From contig JBFXAH010000011.1 of the NCBI GenBank assembly GCA_050184475.1, positions 11,208 through 75,207 on the forward strand: DNA of 64,000 nucleotides, written 5' to 3'. How positions within the stretch are numbered: the first letter of the stretch is position 1; the number at the start of each line of letters is the position of its first letter. This stretch comes from Pirellulales bacterium (GTDB lineage: Bacteria; Planctomycetota; Planctomycetia; Pirellulales; JAEUIK01). The notes beneath the pieces were generated by a model, which ran no database searches, had not been told where the DNA came from, and was given only the letters and a program-made list of their open reading frames with translations. Positions 1 through 8,640 of the stretch are shown here, one piece after another. The position numbers and the translations under genes are program-made.

Positions 1-1
1 C

Positions 2-736
2 AAGACCACGCTGGTCAAGCTGCTGCTGACGATCAGTCGCCCCACGGCCGGGCGCATCACGCGGTTGGGACGCCCCTGGCGCGACCGCGGCACCCTGGCC
101 CGCATCGGCTACGTTCACGAGCGGCAGGCCTTTCCCGGTTACCTGACCCCCACGCAATTGCTCGAACTGTATGGCCGGCTCTCGGGCGTGGGGAGCCACG
201 ACTTGCGGCGCCGCTCGCGCGAGCTGCTCGAACGAGTCGATCTGGCCGACCGTGCACAATCCCCGATCTCGAATTTCAGCAAGGGGATGGTGCAGCGTCT
301 GGCTTTGGCCCAAGCGCTCGTCAACGAGCCCGAGCTGCTGGTGCTCGACGAGCCGACCGAAGGGCTCGACCTGCCGGCGCGCCAGCTCGTTCACGACATC
401 CTGCTCGAGCGCCGCAGCAAGGGGCGCTCGGTGCTGTTGGTCACGCATCAGTTGAGCGACGTCGAGCGGTTGTGCGACGACGTCGCGGTGCTGCGCAACG
501 GGCGCGTGGTCTTCACCGGACCGCCGAGCTTGCTCGTCGATCGCGCGGCGACGCGTGCCGCGGGGCAACCGATCTCCACGGCGTCGGCCGCTGAAGTGGG
601 CAGCGCAGCCAACGCCGCCGGCGATCAGCGGTCGGGCTGGCCCGAGCTGCAACTCTCGGCCCAGCCGCGCGCCGCGGCTGGCAGCACCCCTTTCGAGTCG
701 GCCATCGAGCACTTGTACGAGGAGGCGCCGGCATGA
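2..736 (+). CDS. ABC transporter ATP-binding subunit (5' end lies outside the window)
   Basis: The frame is open from base 2 (KTTLVKLLLTISRPTAG...). It has an ABC signature-like FSKGMVQRLALAQAL, Walker B LLVLDEPTEGLD and H-loop LVTHQL. Its stop overlaps the next start (ATGA at 733-736). Confidence 0.9.
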   Translation, partial: KTTLVKLLLTISRPTAGRITRLGRPWRDRGTLARIGYVHERQAFPGYLTPTQLLELYGRLSGVGSHDLRRRSRELLERVDLADRAQSPISNFSKGMVQRLALAQALVNEPELLVLDEPTEGLDLPARQLVHDILLERRSKGRSVLLVTHQLSDVERLCDDVAVLRNGRVVFTGPPSLLVDRAATRAAGQPISTASAAEVGSAANAAGDQRSGWPELQLSAQPRAAAGSTPFESAIEHLYEEAPA

Positions 737-1746
737 AAGCCGACTTGGCGCTGGTGACGATCGGCCAATTGGTGCGCGACACGTTTCGTCAGTCGCGCGC
801 GCAAGGGGTCTTCTGGCTGCTGTTGGGCATCTCAGCCGTTTGCATCCTGCTGTGTGCCAGCGTGAGCATCGACGGCGCGCAACAGCTCGCCGGGCCCGGC
901 GAAAACCCCGACTTCCTGCCACGCAACGATCCGCAGGCCGGCCAGCACGAAGTGCTCGAGCGCGACGGCGTAGCAGTCGTGGGGGGGGAACTGACGTTTG
1001 GCTTCGGCGCGATTCGCGTCCCGCTGGCGCGCGACGCGAAATATGCCGTCCAAGCGCTGCAACTGGCGCTGGCCGCCGGCGTGGCCGACACGCTCGGCGT
1101 GCTCTTGGCGCTGGTCTGGACCGCCGGATTCCTGCCTGGTTTTTTAGATCGGCAGTCGATCAGCGTGCTGCTGGCCAAGCCGGCCCCGCGCTGGGCGCTG
1201 CTGATGGGAAAATACGCCGGCGTGTTGGCGTTCGTGCTGCTGCAAGGAACGATCTTCGTCGGCGGCACCTGGCTGGCGCTGGGCGCGCGAACCGGCATTT
1301 GGGACTTTAGCTATCTACGAAGTGCTCCCTTGTTGCTGTTGCACTTCGGCATCTTCTTCAGCGTTTCGCTCCTCTTGGCGGTCTGCACGCGCAGCACGGT
1401 GGCCAGCGTGTTTGGCTCGATCGCCTTCTGGCTGCTTTGCTGGGGAATGAACTTCGGCCGGCACGCGCTCGTGGCCGACGTGGCAGCCGGCAGCGGCGCC
1501 CAATTCGGCCAGCCGCTCTTGGGACTCGTCGAGTTCGGCTACTGGTTCTTGCCCAAGCCGACCGACTTGGGCATGCTCGTTCGCGACGCCCTGGGGGCCG
1601 AGAACTTCTATGGCCAGCCGGCGGCGCTCGACGCCGTGCAAGCGCATGGCTTGTTCCACCCGTATTGGTCGGTGGCGGCCTCGCTGGCGTTCATGGTCTT
1701 GATCTTCTGGGCGTCGGTGCGGCAGTTCGCGGCCACCGACTATTGA
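733..1746 (+). CDS. ABC-2-type transporter permease (multi-pass membrane protein)
   Basis: 337-aa ORF translationally coupled to the ATPase gene. It has several long hydrophobic segments with a large first extracytoplasmic loop, which is the typical ABC-2 permease layout. Confidence 0.75.
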   Translation: MKADLALVTIGQLVRDTFRQSRAQGVFWLLLGISAVCILLCASVSIDGAQQLAGPGENPDFLPRNDPQAGQHEVLERDGVAVVGGELTFGFGAIRVPLARDAKYAVQALQLALAAGVADTLGVLLALVWTAGFLPGFLDRQSISVLLAKPAPRWALLMGKYAGVLAFVLLQGTIFVGGTWLALGARTGIWDFSYLRSAPLLLLHFGIFFSVSLLLAVCTRSTVASVFGSIAFWLLCWGMNFGRHALVADVAAGSGAQFGQPLLGLVEFGYWFLPKPTDLGMLVRDALGAENFYGQPAALDAVQAHGLFHPYWSVAASLAFMVLIFWASVRQFAATDY

Positions 1747-2113
1747 GTAGCCGCTGAGTCAGATTCCAGTCTGGGTGCCACTCTACGCCGTTCACCTTCG
1801 GCCGAGGGGGTGACCCGACTGCTCGCAGTCGGGTGGCGCAGCCACCAGAAACCATTCATGGCACGCGGCGGCTTCAATCGCGGCGGATTCAGAGAGTTTC
1901 TTGTCGCTATGCGACCCAGCCGACAAGCGGCTGGGCCACCCAACTCCTGCATTTTGGAAGGCTAACGGCGCCGCGGCTGTGGCTTCAGCCCGCAGCGCGC
2001 CGGGCCCGCTTGGCGGCTCCGCGGCTTTGCGCGAGACATCTTTCCTTCTCCGCGATTACCGCGGAAGCGCGTGAGCCAACACCAGGCACCCGGCGGAGCT
2101 CCGCGCGCCAAGG

Positions 2114-2611
2114 TCATGCATAATCGCGAACAGAAATGAAGAGTGCCAAGAGATGCCACCACGCGGACTTCGGTTGCGGCGTGAATCCGCAACGTTGTCT
2201 CAACCAAATGACATCGGGATGATCTTGCGCCCGTGCGAAGCGCATGTTAGTCAGGAAGCGCACTTTCGAGCCGAAGCGCCCCGGTGATCGCAAAAAGAGT
2301 GTGACGAAAACGGCGGTCCTGGCCTGAAAGACACGCACGCGGCTGACATTCTCGTACGAAATGAGCTCGCTGCGGAACAAATCTCGCACCGCCAGATCAT
2401 CGTCCTGCGCAACGACGCGTTTCAGGCTCGCGAAGTACCATAACAGGGCGCCGAAGAACAACAACCCGGGAATCAACCCGAGATTTCGCCAGTTCGGAGC
2501 TTGGACGGCAAACACGGCGGTCATACTGGCCGACAAGATGCAGAAACCGATGACGAACAGCGAGAACAGCCCCTGGATATCGCTACTCAGTTTGCGAGCG
2601 GGCATGTGCAA
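2114..2611 (-). CDS. hypothetical small membrane protein (two N-terminal TM helices plus a soluble C-terminal domain, possibly bacterial PH-like)
   Basis: 165-aa ORF with two clear hydrophobic helices (LFSLFVIGFCILSASMTAVFAV and LIPGLLFFGALLWYFASL). It sits in DNA that looks lower in G+C than its neighbours. I recognise no family with certainty. Confidence 0.5.
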   Translation of the reverse strand: MHMPARKLSSDIQGLFSLFVIGFCILSASMTAVFAVQAPNWRNLGLIPGLLFFGALLWYFASLKRVVAQDDDLAVRDLFRSELISYENVSRVRVFQARTAVFVTLFLRSPGRFGSKVRFLTNMRFARAQDHPDVIWLRQRCGFTPQPKSAWWHLLALFISVRDYA

Positions 2612-2737
2612 GCCCCCCTTCGGCAGTGACTACTCGCGCGGCGGCCGGGATCTCGTAGGTTGTCGCAGACGGCGATGCGCAGGGCAAGCATTGCTGGGTG
2701 CGTGAGACGCGCTAAGCGCTGAGTTGCCGACACCCAA

Positions 2738-2762
2738 CCCCTCTCCCGCAAGGGGAGAGGGG
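2738..2762 (-). terminator. GC-rich hairpin downstream of the redoxin-fusion gene (CCCCTCTCCC-GCAAG-GGGAGAGGGG)
   Basis: Perfect 10-bp stem with a 5-nt loop, 63 nt past the stop at 2825 on the minus strand. It is followed on that strand by TTGGGTGT. There is no clean U-run, so the terminator role is tentative. Confidence 0.4.
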
Positions 2763-2824
2763 AGTGTGCAAGAATTGCGCGATCTCCGCGGCTCCGCGTG
2801 TGCGACCTATCGCGGCGCCGTGAG

Positions 2825-5125
2825 CTATCGCCCGGCCGTGAGCTTGGCCGCGACTTGGGCGAGCAGTTCCACGGCCGCCGGCGGGAAGGCGTCGGCCTCG
2901 GTGCTCCAGAAATTGACCGTCGCCGGGCGACCATCGATCTGCACCGGAATGTGCACGCTCGAGGCCAGCCCTCGCCCATGCATTCGCTTGGCGAGCGAAC
3001 CTGGCTCCTTCGACAGGTCGGGCACCACGATCGGCTTATCGGCCGACAAGTAGTTGGCCAAAGCCTGACCGTCGGCCGACACAATCGTCGACGTGCTGCG
3101 GAAGGTGCTCCGCAGACCGTCGAGCTCTTCGACGCGCAACAACCGCAGATGGTCGCCGTCGACATACGAGATGCAGACGCGGTCGAGCTGCGGCACGCGA
3201 TCCTTCAAGTAGTACGAGAAGAACTTGAAGTTGTCTTCCTGGTCGTCGTCGAGCCCTTTGCTGGCGACCTGGCTGGTTTGTTCGTCGAGCGTGGCGCCGC
3301 CGGCGGCGGCCAACTCGAGAAACTGCTTGGCCCGCGAGGGGCGCGGCGGCTGCGGCTTGGTGAGGTCTTGGTCGACCAGGGCCATCTCGAACCAGCCGAA
3401 CATCATCTCTTCCCAGGTCTGTTCGCCCCAGCGCACTTCTTGCGATGGATCGGGGTTGTTGAGGTTGTCGACCGAGTTGTCGAAGTGGGCCGTGCAGTGC
3501 AGCTTGCTCCCCTTGGGCAACACCATCGGCTCGGTGAAGACGTAAGTCGTCTGCCAGCCGAAGTCGTAGCGCGGCACCCAGAGCACCTGTTCCCGCTTGC
3601 CGTCGGGATAAATCACCTCATACAAAAAATCCTTGCCGCGAACGTGCATGTGGGGCGAGACCGACCACAGCAGCGTGTCTTCGCGGAAGGCGAACTCCGA
3701 CTGCACTTCGAAGTTGGCGTCGTGCGGCGGAATCTTGAAGCTGAAGTTGCCGGCGTTTTTCACCGCCACTTCCTTGCGCACCGTTTTCGGATCGGCGAAG
3801 ACCAGCCCCAGATAGCTGCGGTCGGACTGCGCCACGCCATTGGGCGTGTAGTGCAACTCGAAGATCAGCTTCGAGCCGGCCGGAGCGTAGCGGGCGTAGC
3901 CCTCGGGCAACACCTGCGGACGCAAACCGGGCGCGTAAGCGGCGAGCCAATCGTTGCGCAGGCGGCCGGCGGCCCCTTTCTTCGGTCCGCCCGGCGCCAT
4001 CAGGTACATCACCACGTGATGCACGACGGCCGGGTTGCCCGCCTTGGGCTCGATCGCCGTGATCCACTTGTCTTCTGTCCAACCGGGATCGACGACGAAC
4101 CGCTGATACGGCACCGTGCCCGTGGCCGGCACGTCGTACGGTTCGTCGGCCATGTAGATCACCTGGTCGGGCTCGGGAATCATCCAGCCTTCGGCGAATT
4201 GCGGCGGCTCAGGCAGGTCGCTGGGGTTGCCTTCGGGCGCGCCGGCGGCGACCCAGGCGTTGACCATCGCGATCTCTTCGTCGCTGAGCCGGGCATCGTT
4301 GGTGAAGTGACCGATCGCCGGGTCGGCGTGCCAGGGGGGCATGCGGCGCTCGTTGACCACTTCGCGGATCATCTCGGCCCAGCCCGCCGCGTCGTCGTAA
4401 GACAACAGCGGAAACGGTCCGATCTGCCCGGGGCGATGGCACTCGACGCAGTGCTGGTTGAACAAGCGCGACATCTGATTCGAGAAGGTGATCGCCGCGT
4501 CGGCGTCGGGCGTGCGGGCGCGGCCGATCAAGCACCCTTGCGCGGCGACCTCGGCCACGCTGACCGGCTTGCCGTCGAGCAGTTCGTCGAGCGCCGCAGC
4601 GAGATCCTGCCGGCGCGGTTCGGCCAGTTGATAGGCGACGCCACGATCTTGAAAGCCGTATTGATCGTCGATGCGCCCGGCATACACGACGCGCCGCGCG
4701 CGATCGAGCACGAAGACCTCGGGCGTGCGCCGCGCGTCGACCGCGTCGGCCAGCCGATTGCCAGGGTCTTTGAGAAACGGAAACGTCAGCCCCTGCTGCC
4801 GGACGTAGGCCTGCATTTCGGCGATCGAATCTTGCTGATTGGCGTCGACCGCCAGGAAGGCGACGCCGCGCTGGGCGTATTGCTCGGCCAGCTTGTTCAA
4901 CTGCGGCGCGTAGAACTTGGCGAGCGGGCATTCGACCCCCAGAAAGGCCAGCACGACGAACTGCTTGTCGGCGTAATCGGCCAGCTTGTGCTCGCGGCCG
5001 TCGCAATCGCGCAGCGCGAACTCTTCGACCGTGCGGCCGACGCGCGAGGGCTTTTCCCCGGCCCAAACGCCGGACGACAGGCACGCCGAAGCGATAACCG
5101 CGTAAAACCAAGCGCAACGACGCAT
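2825..5125 (-). CDS. secreted multidomain protein: redoxin/AhpC-TSA-like + planctomycete cytochrome c (CXXCH) + copper type II ascorbate-dependent monooxygenase-like + C-terminal GAF-like domain
   Basis: Start chosen at MRRCAWFYAVIASACLSSGVWA (signal peptide); the ORF extends 19 codons further upstream. Thioredoxin-fold segment FVVLAFLGVECPLAKFY. Haem motif CVECH followed by RRMPPWHADP. His clusters HHVVMY and SPHMHVRGKDF plus TAHFDNS resemble the PHM/DBH copper sites. The last ~140 aa resemble a GAF fold. Confidence 0.8.
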   Translation of the reverse strand: MRRCAWFYAVIASACLSSGVWAGEKPSRVGRTVEEFALRDCDGREHKLADYADKQFVVLAFLGVECPLAKFYAPQLNKLAEQYAQRGVAFLAVDANQQDSIAEMQAYVRQQGLTFPFLKDPGNRLADAVDARRTPEVFVLDRARRVVYAGRIDDQYGFQDRGVAYQLAEPRRQDLAAALDELLDGKPVSVAEVAAQGCLIGRARTPDADAAITFSNQMSRLFNQHCVECHRPGQIGPFPLLSYDDAAGWAEMIREVVNERRMPPWHADPAIGHFTNDARLSDEEIAMVNAWVAAGAPEGNPSDLPEPPQFAEGWMIPEPDQVIYMADEPYDVPATGTVPYQRFVVDPGWTEDKWITAIEPKAGNPAVVHHVVMYLMAPGGPKKGAAGRLRNDWLAAYAPGLRPQVLPEGYARYAPAGSKLIFELHYTPNGVAQSDRSYLGLVFADPKTVRKEVAVKNAGNFSFKIPPHDANFEVQSEFAFREDTLLWSVSPHMHVRGKDFLYEVIYPDGKREQVLWVPRYDFGWQTTYVFTEPMVLPKGSKLHCTAHFDNSVDNLNNPDPSQEVRWGEQTWEEMMFGWFEMALVDQDLTKPQPPRPSRAKQFLELAAAGGATLDEQTSQVASKGLDDDQEDNFKFFSYYLKDRVPQLDRVCISYVDGDHLRLLRVEELDGLRSTFRSTSTIVSADGQALANYLSADKPIVVPDLSKEPGSLAKRMHGRGLASSVHIPVQIDGRPATVNFWSTEADAFPPAAVELLAQVAAKLTAGR

Positions 5126-5543
5126 GGGTGAATTCCCTTCAAAAATGCGCTCGAACGAGCGCGAACCGGCACTGGAAAGCACGAGATGATTAGCCTGCTA
5201 CCGATCTGGATTTTGACCGCCCTTTGCCGGCCGGTCAACTGAACTTTCGGGGGGGAGTCGGCCAGGAGTGGTGCTCCTCGCTATGGCAGGGAATACGCAC
5301 GCAATCGGCGATCGACCGCGACAATTTGTCACCCCGCCGACCGGAGAACCCCACGTGCGCGGCGGCGTAGAAAAAGTGGAAGCGGGGGCCTCGCCCCCTC
5401 GGGGCTTCGGCAGTCGTGCCGCTCGAGCTGGGCGGAGTTCGACGGGGCCGAGGACGAGTGCGACGCGCAAGGTGGCGAGGCCCGGGGGGCCGGAACGGAA
5501 AGAGGCTCCCCACCAAAGCTCTGTAGGAAAGGAGGCATAAACC

Positions 5544-6020
5544 ATGTTTGGCACATTGATTCCTCGCCGGGAGAGCGCCGCGTTTGATCGCCTCGAACGC
5601 GAAATGCACGGCTTGGTCGATCGGTTCTTTGGCGGCGAAGGGGGCTGGCTGGTGCCGACAACCCAGTTGGTGCCGAGCCTGAACGTCGCGGAGACCGAGA
5701 CCGCCTTCGAGGTCAGCGCCGAGTTGCCAGGCCTGAAGCCCGAAGAGTTCGAGGTCGAATTCAAGAACGGTGAGCTCTGGATCACCGGCGAAAGCAAGCA
5801 GGAGAAGGAAGAGCGGGGCAAGACGTGGCATCGTGTGGAACGGCGCTATGGCGAGTTCCGTCGCGTGGTGCCAATGCCTGAGAGCGTCGACCCTGACAAG
5901 GCCGAAGCCGAGTATCGCGACGGCGTGCTGAAGGTGACCGTCCCGAAGACGGAGAAAGCTCAAGCGAAGCACGTGCCGGTCAAGGTCGAAGCGACTGACA
6001 CCAACGGCCAGAAGGCCTAA
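5544..6020 (+). CDS. Hsp20/alpha-crystallin family small heat-shock protein
   Basis: 158 aa with an alpha-crystallin domain (PSLNVAETETAFEVSAELPGLKPEEFEVEF...GELWITGE...YGEFRRVVPMPESVDPDKAEAEYRDGVLKVTVPK). A strong AGGAAAGGAGG lies just upstream of the ATG. Confidence 0.95.
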   Translation: MFGTLIPRRESAAFDRLEREMHGLVDRFFGGEGGWLVPTTQLVPSLNVAETETAFEVSAELPGLKPEEFEVEFKNGELWITGESKQEKEERGKTWHRVERRYGEFRRVVPMPESVDPDKAEAEYRDGVLKVTVPKTEKAQAKHVPVKVEATDTNGQKA

Positions 6021-6108
6021 ACCGCAGGCCGCGCGCCGCGGTCGACAAGTCCCCAACGGGCAACCTGGGGACAACAAACAGTATCCAGCGGGAGCTTTGC
6101 CTCCTCGG

Positions 6109-6151
6109 CAGTCGGGCGGTTCCAAACTCGGGACCGCCCGACTGTTCTTTT
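6109..6151 (+). terminator. rho-independent terminator after hsp20
   Basis: 11-bp perfect stem CAGTCGGGCGG/CCGCCCGACTG with a 14-nt loop, followed immediately by TTCTTTT. It lies 89 nt after the hsp20 stop and just outside the convergent ygiQ-like gene. Confidence 0.7.
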
Positions 6152-6192
6152 GCGCCGGTTTAGGTGCGCCAAGCAGACGGTCCCGATGTTGA

Positions 6193-8292
6193 TCAGCCGC
6201 GGTTGCGGCGGCGCGACGTCTTGCGCTGGGGGCGATAGCCGGCCGCCGGCTGCCGCTTCGCGCGCGGCTGCGACAGTTTCCCCGTTTCGCCCCCTGGCCG
6301 CAGTTGCCGATTAGCCTGCTCGCGGCGGGCGTCGATCGCTTCCTTCGGAGGTTGCGACGGAATCAGGCAATCGCACCCTTCGCCGATCAAGTCGTCGCGG
6401 CCGGCGGCCTCGAGCGCCTTGCGGACCTCGAAGTAGTTCTCCGGTTTGAAGAACTGCAACAGCGCCCGCTGCAACTTGCGATCGCGCAGATTGCGGGCGA
6501 CGTAGACCGGCTCGAGCGTGAACGGATCGAGTCCCGTGTGGTACATCGTGGCCGCGATATCCAGCGGACTGGGGATGAAGTCTTGCACCTGGTCGGGGCG
6601 GTAGCCGTTCTGCTTGAGAAACACCGCCAGGTCGATCATCGCCTCGAGCGTGCTGGCCGGATGGCTGGCAATGTAATACGGCACCAGGAACTGCTGTTTG
6701 CCGGCCGCGCGGCTCTCGCGCGCGAAGGCTTCGTCGAACTTCGTGAAGTCGTCGCCGCCCGGCTTTTTCATCGCGGAGAGCACGTCTTCGTCGGTGTGCT
6801 CAGGGGCAACCTTCAAGTGACCACCGACGTGATGTCGGGCCAGTTCGCGAATGTACTCGGGGCTGCGATGGGCCAGGTCCATGCGAATGCCCGAGGCGAC
6901 GAACACCTTCTTGATGCCCGGCTGCGAGCGGGCCTTGCGCATCAGTTTGATGAGCGGACCGTGATCGGTCCCCAGCAGCTTGCAAATCTTCGGGTGGACG
7001 CAGCTCAGGCGGCGGCAGACTTTTTCGACCTCGGGGCGCGAGCACTTCATCTGATACATGTTGGCCGTCGGCCCGCCGATGTCGCTGACCACGCCGGTGA
7101 ACTTCGGGTCTTCGCCCAGGCGGTTGATCTCCTCGAGCACCGATTGCTGCGAGCGGCTCTGGATGATCCGCCCTTCGTGCGTGGTGATCGAACAGAACGT
7201 GCAGCCGCCGAAACAGCCGCGCATGATCTGCACCGAATGTCGGACCACGTCGTAAGCGGGAATCCGCTGCTTGCCGTACATCGGGTGCGGGCGGCGCGTA
7301 AACGGCAGCCCATAGACGTAGTCCATCTCCGCCTGCGAGAGGGGCAATGCCGGCGGGTTGGCGACCACCGCCTCGCGATCGTGATACTGCACGAGCCGGC
7401 GGGCGTTGTGCGGATTGGTTTCCATGTGGATCGCGCGCGTGGCCCGGCAGAACGCCAGCTTGTCGGCGACGACTTCTTCGTAGCTGGGCAGCGCGAGCGC
7501 GTCGACGGGGGGTGTTTCCTTGGCCCCCATGCGGTAGACGACGCCGCGCAAATCGCGCAAGTCGCGCACCGTGGCGCCGGCCGCCAGCCGATCGGCGATC
7601 TCGACGATACTCCGTTCGCCCATGCCGAAGGCCACGAGATCGGCCTTGGCGTCGAGGATGATCGAGCGGCGAACTTTGTCGCTCCAGTAGTCGTAGTGAG
7701 CCAACCGGCGCAAGCTGGCTTCGACGCCGCCGGCAATCACCGGCACGCCGGAATAGGCTTCGCGGGCGCGCTGGCAATAGGCCAACGTGGCGCGATCGGG
7801 GCGCAAGCCGATCCGTCCGCCGGGGCTGTAGGCGTCGTCGTTGCGCACTTTGCGGTTGGCCGTGTAGTGATTGATCATCGAGTCCATGTTGCCGGCGCTC
7901 GTGGCGAAGAACAGCCGCGGCCGGCCGAACGTGCGCCAGGGCTCGGCGCTGTGCCAGTCGGGCTGGCTCAAGATGGCCACGCGGTAGCCGCGCGCTTCGA
8001 GCAACCGCCCTAGCAGCGCCATGGCGAAACTCGGATGATCGACGTATGCGTCGCCGGTGACGAACACGACGTCGACCGCGTCCCAGCCGCGAGCATCCAT
8101 TTCGCCGCGCGTGGCCACGAGCGGCTCGGCCGCGCCGCGCGGAGTGCGCTCGGTGTTGATGCCCGCAGGCACAAGGCTCGATCCGCTGGCAGCGACCTCA
8201 CTCGGCGTGAAGATTTCGCGCGCGGCGCTGTCACCCGATCGATCGACGATCGGCAGAGCAAGATCGGAACCGAGGGAGCCACGATTGGACAT
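6193..8292 (-). CDS. ygiQ: YgiQ-family (UPF0313) radical SAM protein
   Basis: N-terminal [40 protein letters not shown] and the radical SAM cluster motif [13 protein letters not shown] are characteristic of YgiQ. Start placed at MSNRGSLGS (ATG 8290-8292); the 80 upstream codons of the ORF are R/P-rich and probably not translated. Confidence 0.88.
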   Translation of the reverse strand: MSNRGSLGSDLALPIVDRSGDSAAREIFTPSEVAASGSSLVPAGINTERTPRGAAEPLVATRGEMDARGWDAVDVVFVTGDAYVDHPSFAMALLGRLLEARGYRVAILSQPDWHSAEPWRTFGRPRLFFATSAGNMDSMINHYTANRKVRNDDAYSPGGRIGLRPDRATLAYCQRAREAYSGVPVIAGGVEASLRRLAHYDYWSDKVRRSIILDAKADLVAFGMGERSIVEIADRLAAGATVRDLRDLRGVVYRMGAKETPPVDALALPSYEEVVADKLAFCRATRAIHMETNPHNARRLVQYHDREAVVANPPALPLSQAEMDYVYGLPFTRRPHPMYGKQRIPAYDVVRHSVQIMRGCFGGCTFCSITTHEGRIIQSRSQQSVLEEINRLGEDPKFTGVVSDIGGPTANMYQMKCSRPEVEKVCRRLSCVHPKICKLLGTDHGPLIKLMRKARSQPGIKKVFVASGIRMDLAHRSPEYIRELARHHVGGHLKVAPEHTDEDVLSAMKKPGGDDFTKFDEAFARESRAAGKQQFLVPYYIASHPASTLEAMIDLAVFLKQNGYRPDQVQDFIPSPLDIAATMYHTGLDPFTLEPVYVARNLRDRKLQRALLQFFKPENYFEVRKALEAAGRDDLIGEGCDCLIPSQPPKEAIDARREQANRQLRPGGETGKLSQPRAKRQPAAGYRPQRKTSRRRNRG

Positions 8293-8640
8293 CGAGATTG
8301 CACGCAAATGGGGGGGGAACGTCTCGCGATCCGGCGGTCGACAGGCAAGTGGCCGCCGGCGCGGTCGCAGCCCAGCAAGTGGCCGGCGCCGACTCGTTAT
8401 TCTATCGACCGGCGTGAAGCCGATTGGCCGGCGAGCCAGGATTTGTGGCGATATTTGCCGATCGGGACCGGTTTTTACGACTTCCCGACCTGCCGTCGGG
8501 CGTGGATCGCCGCCACGGATCGCTCGCTCCACCGGTAGGTGCTGTCTATACTCGAACGGTTCGCCGGGCCACTCGGGGGTGCACTGGCACGAACCCGTCC
8601 GAGGGGGCCGGCGACATAGCGAACGAGAGAGGGAACGCTA

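Noticed and set aside
1813-1834. Hairpin ACCCGACTG-CTCG-CAGTCGGGT after the ABC permease gene, considered as a terminator or another repeat family. It shares CAGTCGGG with the hsp20 terminator stem.
   Set aside because: It is not followed by a T-run. The 8-nt similarity to the other stem is too short to call a family. It may be worth including in a genome-wide repeat search.
2798-5131. 777-aa plus-strand ORF covering the same DNA as the redoxin-fusion gene. The same kind of long antisense ORF occurs at 6304-8013, 10072-11268, 11208-12590, 13117-13965, 17705-19240, 34368-36647, 38472-39554, 42637-43755, 45597-47297, 52010-53335, 53354-55123, 55130-56683, 56853-58178, 60667-61902 and 61960-63057.
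   Set aside because: Each lies opposite a gene with clear family motifs. Their translations are R/G/A/H/P-rich low complexity with no recognisable domains. Such stop-free antisense frames are expected in high-GC DNA.
5284-5299. Sigma54-like element TGGCAG-N5-ACGCA upstream of hsp20, with GG and GC correctly spaced.
   Set aside because: The -12 box deviates from TTGC, it lies ~245 nt from the ATG, and it is a single unscored match. It needs a PWM scan before it can be called.
5190-5543. hsp20 leader examined for a CIRCE operator (TTAGCACTC-N9-GAGTGCTAA) or a ROSE/fourU RNA thermometer.
   Set aside because: No CIRCE-like dyad is present. I saw only generic GC hairpins (for example GGGGGC-CTC-GCCCCC at about 5385-5399) with no clear pairing to the Shine-Dalgarno sequence.
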